In this document: positions 40,101 through 52,100 of the stretch, piece after piece | Layout: every line of letters starts with the position of its first letter | Position numbering within the stretch: position 1 is the stretch's first letter | Origin: Pecten maximus | Taxonomy: Eukaryota | DNA length: 64,000 bases | Assembly (NCBI RefSeq): GCF_902652985.1 | Contig: NC_047024.1 | Coordinates: 22,382,001 to 22,446,000, forward strand | Direction of reading: 5' to 3' | Program-made: the position numbers and the translations under genes | Notes under the pieces: model-generated | What the model saw: only the letters and a program-made list of their open reading frames with translations | Database searches by the model: none | What the model was told of the DNA's origin: nothing

Positions 40101-43100
40101 TTGCGTTAAAAACCATTCATAACTTTATGACTAGTAGCGATTTAAAGGAATTACCTCTATTTCCCATATGGGGCCCCGCCCCTTTGGCCCCTTGGGGGTC
40201 AGAGTCACCATTTATGCAAAATCTGTTCCCCTTTCCCAAAGGATGTTTCTTACTAAATTGCGTTAAAAACCATTCATAACTTTATGACTAGTAGCGATTT
40301 AAAGGAATTACCTCTATTTCCCATTTGGGGCCCCGCCCCTTTGGCCCCTTGGGGGTCAGAGTCACCATTTATGCAAAATCTGTTCCCCTTCCCCCAATGA
40401 TGTTTTTGACCAAATTCGGTTCAAATCCATTCATAACTTTATGACTAGTAGCGATTTAAAGATATTACCTCTGTTTCCCCATTAGGCCCCGCCCCTTTGG
40501 TCCTTTGGGGGTCAGAGTAACCATTTATGCAAAATCTGTTCCCCTTCACATAAGAATGTTTCTGACCAAATTGGGTTCAAATCTATTCATACCTTTATGA
40601 CTAGTAGCGATTTGAAGGAATTACCTCTATTTCCCCATTAGGCCCCGCCCCTTTGGCCCCTTGGGGGTCAGAGTCACCATTTATGCAAAATCTATTCCCC
40701 ATCCCCAAAGGATGTTTCTGACCAAATTGGGTTCAAATCCATTCATAACTTTATGACTAGTAGCGATTTAAAGGAATTGCCTCTATTTCCCCATTAGGCC
40801 CCGCCCCTTTGGCCCCTTGGGAGTCAGAGTCACCATTTATGCAAAATCTATTTTCCATCCCCAAAGGATGTTTCTGACCAAATTGGGTTCAAATCCATTC
40901 ATAACTTTATGACTAGTAGCGATTTAAAGGAATTGCCTCAATTTCCCCTATTGGGCCCCGCCCCTCAGGCCCCTTGGGGGTCAGAGTCACCATTTATGCA
41001 AAATCTGTTCCCCTTTCCTAAAGGATGTTTCTGACCAAATTGGGTTCAAATCCATTCATAACTTTATGACTAGTAGCGATTTTAAGGAATTACCTCTATT
41101 TCCCCTAATGGACCCCGCCCCTTTGGCCCCTTGGGGGTCAGAGTAACCATTTATGCAAAATCTGTTCCCCTTCCCCAAAGGATGTTTCTGACCAAATTGG
41201 GTTCAAATCCATTCATAACTTTATGACTAGTAGCGATTTGAAGGAATCACCTCTATTTCCCCATTAGGCCCCGCCCCTTTGGCCCCTTGGGGGTCAGAGT
41301 CACCATTTATGCAAAATCTGTTCCCCTTCCCCAAAGAATGTTTCTGATCAAATTGGGTTCAAATCCATTCATAACTTTATGACTAGTAGCGATTTAAAGG
41401 AATTACCTCTATTTCCCCATTAGGCCCTGCCCCTTTGGCCCCTTGGGGGTCAGAGTAACCATTTATGCAAAATCTGTTCCCCTTCCCCAAAGGATGTTTC
41501 TGACCAAATTGGGTTCAAATCCATTCATAACTTTATGACTAGTAGCGATTTAAAGGAATTGCCTCAATTTCCCCTATTGGGCCCCGCCCCTCAGGCCCCT
41601 TGGGGGTCAGAGTCACCATTTATGCAAAATCTGATCCCCTTCTGCCAAGGATGTTTCTGACCAAATTTGGTCAAAATCCAATAAGAACTTTTTGACTAGT
41701 AGCGATTTGAAGCAAATGTTGACGGACGGACGACGGACGACGGACGCTGCACCATGGCATAAGCTCACCGGACCTTCGGTCCAGGTGAGCTAAAAACCAG
41801 TTAATAACACCGGCGCTAAAAAAAGATTATGACAAACCAGTTAATAACACCTCCGCTAAAAACAGATTCTGGAAATACCCTACCGGAAGTTACGTAATAC
41901 CATAGCAACGCATAGGAAATGGCTGCGTCTGCTGTTTCGCCGGATTCGAGTCCTAAAAAAATGTGGTTTGCGTCTCTAAACGATGAGAACATTAACAAGT
42001 TAATGACAGAAAAGGATTCCATAAACACAAGAAGAGCGACAGACTCAGCTGTAAAAAATTTTAAGGAATATTTAAAAGAAAAGAACGTGGCAGAGGACGT
42101 TGAGACTTTGGACTTTGAGTTGAGTACGTTTATCATTTCATCATATATACTTTGATTATATAATAAAACAGTTATGGACTTTTTATGGACTTTTCGGCTT
42201 TGCCTCGGTCAATATTAGTTCCATTCTGGTTAATATCAGAGCATATTAACCAAGTAAAAAGTCCATAATTGTATAATAACACATTCTCCCTAATAATATT
42301 GGTTAATAACACTTTCTCTCTTATAATATTGGTTAATAACACGTTCTCCCTAATAATATTGGTTAATAACACGTTCTCCCTAATAATATTGGTTAATAAC
42401 ACTTTCTCCCTAATAATATTGGTTAATAACACGTTCTCCCTAATAATATTGGTTAATAACACGTTCTCCCTAATAATATTGGTTAATAACACTTTCTCTC
42501 TTATAATATTGGTTAATAACACTTTCTCCCTAATAATATTGGTTAATAACACGTTCTCCCTAATAATATTGGTTAATAACACGTTCTCCCTAATAATATT
42601 GGTTAATAACACTTTCTCTCTTATAATATTGGTTAATAACACTTTCTCCCTAATAATATTGGTTAATAACACTTTCTCCCTAATAATATTGGTTAATAAC
42701 ACGTTCCCCCTAATAATATTGGTTAATAACACGTTCTCCCTAATAATATTGGTTAATAACACTTTCTCCCTAATAATATTGGTTAATAACACGTTATCCC
42801 TAATAATATCAGTTAATAACACTTTCTCTCTTATAATATTGGTTAATAACACGTTCTCCCTAATAATATTGGTTAATAACACTTTCTCCCTAACAATATT
42901 GGTTATTATTATATAATGTGTATTTATCCATATTCTCATTGGCTAAATCGCTAACACGTGACTTTTGATAAATAGCGATATTAACTGGTTTCCAAAGCAA
43001 AACCAGTTAATATCAAAAAACCAGTTAATAACACCGGCGCTAAAAATAGATTATGAAAAACCAGTTAATAACACCTCCGCTAAAAATAGATTCTGGAAAT

Positions 43101-46100
43101 ACCCTACCGGAAGTTACGTAATACCATAGCAACGCATAGGAAATGGCTGCGTCTGCTGTTTCGCTGGATTCGAGTCCTAAAAAAATGCGGTTTGCGTCTC
43201 TAAACGATGAGAACATTAACAAGTTAATGACAGAAAAGGATTCTATAAACACAAGAAGAGCGACAGACTCTGCTGTAAAAAAATTTAAGGAATATTTAAA
43301 AGAAAAGAACGTGGCAGAGGACGTTGAGACTTTGGACTTTGAGTTGAGTACATTTATCATTTCATCATATATACTTTGATTATATAATAAAACAGTTATG
43401 GACTTTTTACTTGGTTAATATGCTCTGATATTAACCAGAATGTAACCATATTGACCTCGGCTTTGCCTCGGTCACTATTAGTTCCATTCTGGTTAATATC
43501 AGAGCATATTAACCAAGTAAAAAGTCCATAATTGTATAATAACACATTCTCCCTAATAATATTGGTTAATAACACATTCTCCCTAATAATATTGGTTAAT
43601 AACACTTTCTCCCTAATAATATTGGTTAATAACACTTTCTCCCTAACAATATTGGTTAATAACACGTTCTCCCTAACAATATTGGTTAATAAAACTTTCT
43701 CCCTAATAATATTGGTTAATAACACTTTCTCCCTAACAATATTGGTTAATAACACGTTCTCCCTAATAATATTGGTTAATAACACTTTTCTCCCTAATAA
43801 TATTGGTTAATAACACTTTCTCCCTAATAATATTGGTTAATAACACTTGAATATTGTATCATCATATCATGTTTTACTATTATAAACACCAAAATATTGC
43901 TTTATATTGTATCCTCATGACTTAAACAACACAATACCAAACAATGTGTTGTCACGATAAAGACACATAACAATTCTCATTGTAGTATTTTTATTACCTG
44001 TCCAACTCTCACAGGAACAGGAAGTGGTCGAAGTTCCTCATCGAAGGTAGTTAACATACGCGGCTGCATGGCCGCCACAAGGTGGTATAAGATGTAATGA
44101 GATTTACCTAGGATGACTGCAACAAAAATCAGCAAAGTGAAATAACATGAGACAAATATCAGAGCAGCTATCATGTACATGTATATATATATATATGGAA
44201 ATAATTTTCAACTGAAGCAAATTACAAAGGAGATATAAATATTAGCATGAAGGAATTGATACGACGTAACTTGTTCTTGGAAATACAGACATTCTGGGTC
44301 TTTCATTATATGCATGTGATATCATCAATAGAATTTACACTGTTTCATTTCCATAAAACATGTGCAATATTTTTCAATATCAAAACCTTGAAATTCTTGT
44401 TGACAAAGATCTTCATTTATATCTTCAATATCTGCCTTATGGTTGAAAGTGAAATAGAGCTTACAGTAGTATATATGTACAATTTACTTCCTCAACAACA
44501 GACATTGACAACAGTGAATACTTACGATTTTTTACATCAAGACAGGAGACGAGGACAGCCATAAGCCCGGCGACTGCGACTGGTGACATGAGGGTTCGGT
44601 CGCTGTGGTAGGGAGAAAGAGTCAGTGTTCCCTTGCCCAAATGAGCCAGACCTTGTGCTAGACGCACCATGAACAAGTTATTAGGGTCCTTAGCATGGTA
44701 CACAGCTAATTGTCTTAACATAGCAGCTAGACGAGCATTATTTGTTCCTACAAAAAAAAATACAAAATAACAGTCAAACCTGAAATCATTTATTATAAAA
44801 AAGTACACTTAATTTACCAGACTAATGACATGTATTTATTTTACTGTAATTTCAAACCCTTCAGATATATTTTTAAAGAACTAATACTCTGTGACGAAAG
44901 TATTTTGAAACTCTTATAATTCTATGAAGACAAACACATAAAGACTTAAATACTATATACATCTTTTAGCAGTATAAATCTTAATTGAGTGATTTTAACA
45001 CTTAAAGCATTCCGCTAAATTTTGATCATGCTAACGAGTGTAATATTGTACAATGCTTTCTATGGCAAGCATTTTCAATTTGTAGCACCAATTCACAATG
45101 GTGCTAATCTCTTTCATAGGTAATTTGGATACATCCTAAATTTGAACGTGCCATAATAAGTATAACTTTACAGTACCATACGTATCCAAAAATAAGCTCT
45201 TTCTCACAAATAAGCCCTCTTCCTAATTTTTGCAGAATCACCAATGTTATGATAGTAAGCTAAGAGGCTCACAAATAAGCCTTTCCCAACTTTAATATTT
45301 AACTTTCACTCTAGGCAAGGGGGCTTATTTTAAGAGGAATAGGGTTTCATATTTCTCAAATAGCTGGTACATATAGACAAACAAGTTTTACCTGCTCCAA
45401 CAAGGCCCATGGACAAAATAGCATTATGGGCCACCTCAGTGTCATTGTCGTGAGAGAACTTGCTCAGTGTGTCCAGAATATTTAATTTGGGGTTAGACAC
45501 AGAAATCAGACCAAGGGCAAGTGGTACTGCTCGCTTTATTGCCGGTTCACCATATCGCAGCTAGAAATAACAAGTGAATTACAAAAGTATGAATATCAAT
45601 GTTGAGATGTTTTTCATTTCTATCAGATAAAAAACATGTATAAAATTTAAATCCTAAATTGCTATTAATGGGAATATTTTCTGAATTGAAGACTGAGCTG
45701 ACTGCAATTAGTGTTCAAAGAATGTTAATAGCATGACTGCTTATATTGACTTACCAAGTGTCCAAAAGCTCTAAAAGACATTTCTGAACCAATTTCTTCC
45801 CCCATAGCTATCAAACCCACACCTAATACTGCAATTCCTGAAAAAATCAAAACAATGGCTGTCAAATCATAAGCTCAAACATCAGCAATACAGTAATATT
45901 TACAATATTCCTTGAGAATCATTAACGAGTCAAAATATCAACAACTAAGATCACTGAAAATGATATCACATATTACAGACCAACAGTGACAACTTCAGTT
46001 CAGTGAAGTCAAACATGTAATAGAAACAGCCTTGTTTATTCAGCAGCTTATAAATGTAAACAATTCCGTGATGACATTATTATTCACACCAAACCATTTT

Positions 46101-49100
46101 TAAATATTCAACTCGCCACTGCACAAATGTGAAAATAATTAAACATTAGATTTCGCCACTGCACAAATGTGAAAATAATTAAACATTAGATCAGCTATCA
46201 AACTTTTATTTCATTTTAATTATTATATATAAATCAAAATTTCCATATATGCTCAGAATTTGTCACCAACATTGATCAACTTTGTCAGTCCTTTTAAAGT
46301 GATCTATTACACCTACAGAACATAAAACTGATTTCATACCCTGTTGTGAAGATAGATCTGCACTTGTTGACTCTTTTTCTTTTTCCTTTTCTTTTTCTTT
46401 AGTATCCTTTTTCTTCTTGTCATCTTTCTTTTCATTATTTTCCTGAAAAATAGATTAAAACAATTGCTGTAAATATGCTTGAGGTCATCATATCAAATCA
46501 TCATACTGAATATACAATAGGTCTCTAATCATTACTGTAACAATATTTATGTAAGCATAACATATTCCAAAGACGTTGATATAATAGTTACATGGACTGG
46601 AGATCAGAACCCTTAGGTTATGAAGATGCTAATGGCAGAAATGCAGTCTTTATTTCCAATAAACTGTTCAACAGTAAAAGACAAACCTGGTCTTTGGACT
46701 CATCGTGTTCAGAGCAGACATGCAACAAATGTTGGATTTTCAGTACATTCCCAGTGCCTGATAAAACGAAATATTTGAGACAATTACAATATGAAACACG
46801 CTGAAAAACATTTGGTAAATGTAATTAAAACATTTCTTCTTACTACTAGAAACAATGTTAAACAAAACCAAGTACATACTAATCAATTCACAAAGTCAAT
46901 TTTCTTTAAACTTACATAATTTTCCAATACATAGTAAAAATATTCTAAAACTTTTCATTAATATTAACAGCAATGAAATCATACTTATATATGGTGGTGC
47001 CAAAAAGCAATTTTGTTCTAAAATTACTGCAAGCCTAAGTAGATGTCCCAGTTCTGTATAATTTACACCTGCCAAATGTTTTGTTCTCACTGAATAAAAT
47101 GTTAAAAGTTGATACAGTGTCTATAATAACAATGTAGAGGCTACATACCAGCGTAGGCACACACATCAACCAGCATTCGCGCCATTGACTTAAGAGGCTC
47201 TGCAATCACTTCAAGTGCCACCAGAGTAGCCTCAACAGCATCCTGTTTACCTGTAATCATAGTTACACAGATCTGGTTTAAAATTGCTGCTTTATTATTT
47301 TAAACCACTTCAGATGAATTTCAAGATTAAAATAATGTTAACTTGTAATTCATTTAATTCTGTTTTGCAATTACTTCAAAAAAATTCAAATGTAGCCTTT
47401 TGAATCATCAAAAACATCACAATGCAGAAGTAAACATATGGAATGTAACCAGTCAAGAATAATGGGATACGGTTGTAATCTTACCTAGGTATGTCAGAGC
47501 AAGTCCGAGGGCCAGAAATCGTGAGTATGTATCCTTAAGATCAGCTTCAGACCTCTCCATCATGGTCTGTATGATGGTAGAGGTAACATCTCCATTACAG
47601 CTTCCCACAGATATCATACCACAAGCCAAGGCCGCCATCCCTACAACCTATAAACAAACACAGATATCATACCACAAGGCTGGACCGCCATCCCTACAAC
47701 CTATACACAAACACAGATATCATACCACAAGCCAGGGCCGCCATCCCTACAACCTATACACAAACACAGATATCATACCACAAGCCAGGGCCGCCATCCC
47801 TACAACCTATAAATAAACACAGATATCATACCACAAGCCAGGGCCGCCATCCCTACAACCTATAAATAAATACAGATATCATACCACAAGCCTGGGCCGC
47901 CATCCCTACATCCTATACACAAACACAGATATCATACCATAAGCCAAGGCCGCCATCTCTACAACCTATACACAAACACAGATATCATACCACAAGCCAG
48001 GGCCGCCATCCCTACAACCTATAAATAAACACATATCATACCACAAGCCAGGGCCGCCATCCCTACAACCTATAAATAAACACAGATATCATACCACAAG
48101 CCAGGGCCGCCATCCCTACATCCTATACACAAACACAGATATCATACCACAAGCCAGGGCCGCCATCCCTACATCCTATACACAAACACAGATATCATAC
48201 CATAAGCCAAGGCCGCCATCTCTACAACCTATACACAAACACAGATATCATACCACAAGCCAGGGCCGCCATCCCTACAACCTATAAACAAACACAGATA
48301 TCATACCACAAGCCAGGGCCGCCATCTCTACAACCTATACACAAACACAGATATCATACCACAAGCCAGGGCCGCCATCCCTACAACCTATAAATAAACA
48401 CAGATATCATACCACAAGCCAGGGCCGCCATCCCTACAACCTATAAATAAACACAGATATCATACCACAAGCCAGGGCCGCCATCTCTACAACCTATACA
48501 CAAACACAGATATCATACCACAAGCCAGGGCCGCCATCCCTACAACCTATAAATAAACTCAGATATCATACCACAAGCCAGGGCCGCCATCCCTACATCC
48601 TATACACAAACACAGATATCATACCACAAGCCAAGGCCGCCATCTCTACATCCTATACAAGCTAGGGCCGCCATCACAACCGATATAACCAGATATACCA
48701 CAAGCCAGGGCCGCCATCCCTACATCCTATAAACAAACACAGATATCATACCACAAGCCAAGGCCGCCATCTCTACATCCTATAAACAAACACAGATATC
48801 ATACCACAAGCCAGGGCCGCCATCCCTACAACCTATAAACAAACACAGATATCATACCACAAGCCAGGGCCGCCATCCCTACAACCTATACACAAACACA
48901 GATATCATACCACAAGCCAGGCCGCCATCTCTACAACCTATACACAAACACAGATATCGTACCACAAGCCAAGGCCGCCATCTCTACATCCTATAAACAA
49001 ACACAGATATCGTACCACAAGCCAAGGCCGCCATCCCTACAACCTATAAACAAACACAGATATCATACCACAAGCCAGAGCTGCCATCCCTACAACCTAT

Positions 49101-52100
49101 ACACAAACACAGATATCATACCACAAGCCAAGGCCGCCATCTCTACAACCTATACACAAACACAGATATCGTACCACAAGCCAAGGCCGCCATCTCTACA
49201 TCCTATAAACAAACACAGATATCGTACCACAAGCCAAGGCCGCCATCCCTACAACCTATAAACAAACACAGATATCATACCACAAGCCAGAGCTGCCATC
49301 CCTACAACCTATACACAAACAGATATCATACCACAAACAGTTACCATACCACTTGCAAGGCCTCCATCACTTTTCATTGCATCACCTATGAGAACTGACA
49401 GTTAGATATCTCTACCTTGTTCGGAGTTTTTTCAAAAACACATTCTAGAAGGTAAGTATATTTTGTTTACAAGTCTTTAACAAAAATCTACCAGTTAAAG
49501 AGTTTAAAGTTTGCCCATAATGTGACTTCTCATTTTTGCAGATAAACATGAATAATTTAATTTTGCTTGTAACAAGCATATTCATTGGCTCAAAATATGA
49601 TGTTATCATCTCATAACATAAATAATGACTGTGACGTCAGCGGAGTAATCGTTGTTCACAGGATTTTGTATTTATCGATGTGTTTTTAAATATCTGGAGC
49701 AAAATAAACATGTTAAACTTAATGAAAATATTTCTTATCGTTGTTGATTAAATTAGTAGGGTTAACTGTAATATTTTTTTTAAGTTATTGAGCAATAACA
49801 CAAAAAACTGGGGTGTACTCTTTTCATAAACCGCTTCGCGGTTTATTCAGAGAACACCCCAGTTTTTTGTGTTATTGCTCAATAACGTAAAAAAAATATT
49901 ACAGTTAACCCTTAACTACATCTCATTAAAATGTGGGTTGCAAACTATGACAAGGCGACTTCTAAATTCAGTAACTTTGTGCTTGACCTTGTAGTCAGAT
50001 GTCTGAAAAATCATTCCAGATATATCAAAGAATAGAAATTGGTATTCTAGATATATTATTTAACACCTTTACAATGTGCAATCAAAATGTTAAGAACCAA
50101 AGAGCAATGTCCAGCATTCAATCAGATGGGCAATGCCACACCATAAAACAACCTGTCATATTTACTTACCTCCATAGAAGCTTTGCTGTCACCGAGTACT
50201 GGCAGTATAAGCGTTAATACATCTTCTCTGTTAGACCCTGCATATGCTAGACCAAGGCTGCAACAAAAACATTTATTCTCTTTAATTCTTAAAAATCCTA
50301 ATAATTAAACAATCTGCAGAATTATATGTCTTAACATACTGCTGATAACTCTCTAAAATCACAGGGTCAAAGTCAAAATTGTTTTCCAGTTTTAAAATGT
50401 AGACCCTATGCTCAAACTATAAACTAAATTTGAGTTTTTGAGAAAATTTTCGAAATGCAACTTCATTACATCGACGCCAACTGAAAAGCATTAACTTAAT
50501 TTCATTTCTGCCCCTTCATCCCCACGAAAAGGACATCATAAAAATTACAAATTTAAAACGCCTTGTTCAACTTACCCAACTATAGCCCCAATCCTCATGA
50601 TTGCTGTTGTGTGCATGACATAGTCTGACAGGAGGGCGAGTGCCGGGTCACATTCATTCCTTACACCTGAGTTTACAATACCACAGGCCAGGAGAGCCCC
50701 CGCCTTGATAAAGTCTTCAGAAGAGTATAAGTATTTGTCTATCTGTGTTAGACCACCGTCCACATCCCACAACAGGATCAGACCTAAAGACGCTGTGGCA
50801 CTCAACATACCTATAACACAAATCGCCTTGGTTACTATATACTCTTGAAAATGCAAACTTCAAATATGGGGATTCAAATATTTTTAAAACTTTGAACATT
50901 CATTCTACTAATTTTGAATGAGAATGCACAAGAAACTTATCCCCTATCTTCATTTACATAAACAGACAAAAATAATTTCACAATGTTCCTATATAGGTTT
51001 ATGCTGTCATGTGATTTCATTTTAATTCAGCTTATCAAGCTTTCTGGAACTACATACCATGTTCTTTGTTTTTATACAGCCACTTATTTCCATCCTCCAT
51101 TAATAGTTTGTCCTGGCCAAATGCTGCATTCACAAATCCGTTTACAAATGATGAAGCCAAGTTTTGCCGTGCTGAATCTACGTTACTTGGACCTATGGTG
51201 GTACCTGCAAATATAAATAGGATTTTCAAAAAAAATTTAGATACAAGATTGTTTAAATTTTGCATCATATCTTTTAAATAACAATATTTCTATTTTGTTT
51301 ATATCATGATTTTTCATTTCCACTACACCAAGGAATTAAGTAAAACATGCTGTAGATAGAACTACCACAACATATATATGAACACTTGTTTACAGCATAC
51401 AGAGGAAAGTTTTGAAGATCTAAACTCTGAATACTTAGAAAAACCTTTATACAGCTCTATACCAAGAAACAAATGCTACCAACAATGCCATTAGGATTCA
51501 TTTTCTTTAAGACAGGTGTGAGCAAATTTGGACTTTCTTCCAAGATCTTTATCATTCAATTATCTCTGGTAATACTTGGACAACCAATGTTAGATAGTCC
51601 TACAAACACTCACGACTTTGTTCTAAATGTGACTTGTAGATATCTTCTGGCACTTTGGGTTCCATAATATCCAACTGCAAAGAGAAATGGTATTTCGAAT
51701 ATACATTTAATGCAATCAATCACATGAGGTATTTTCAAGTTACTGACCCAAATAGTTGAACCTGAAAGACGAATGAAATCCACAGGTCGGGACTAGAACT
51801 GCCCTCAGATATTTCGCATATGAAGATTTATGGTGTCAGCAGACCCCCAAATGGCATACTATAGGTAGTTTTCAGAATTTCTACACAACCTCACAAAATA
51901 TTCTTCATCAATGATAAATAGCTTGAAGCTGGTCATCACACACAACTGGTATTGTAGGATATATATACATACCTCTCTTGCCAAGGCAAGGAAATTGTTG
52001 TTGAGGTGGGCATTAGACATAATCTCTGTCATCTCGTCAAACTCCTCCACATCGTCCCCAAGCTCTAGGTATATCTGCTGTCTCCCCAACATGTAAGCCA

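Noticed and set aside
38518-43810. Repetitive ORFs ([10 protein letters not shown] / [10 protein letters not shown])n and a CRISPR-like look of the 30-bp arrays
   Set aside because: The 30-bp unit is stop-free by chance. Units are head-to-tail with no unique spacers, there are no cas genes, and the setting is a eukaryotic intron.
51720-51860. Possible intronic snoRNA in PSMD2
   Set aside because: I could not establish C/D or H/ACA boxes with supporting stems. An Rfam scan is needed.
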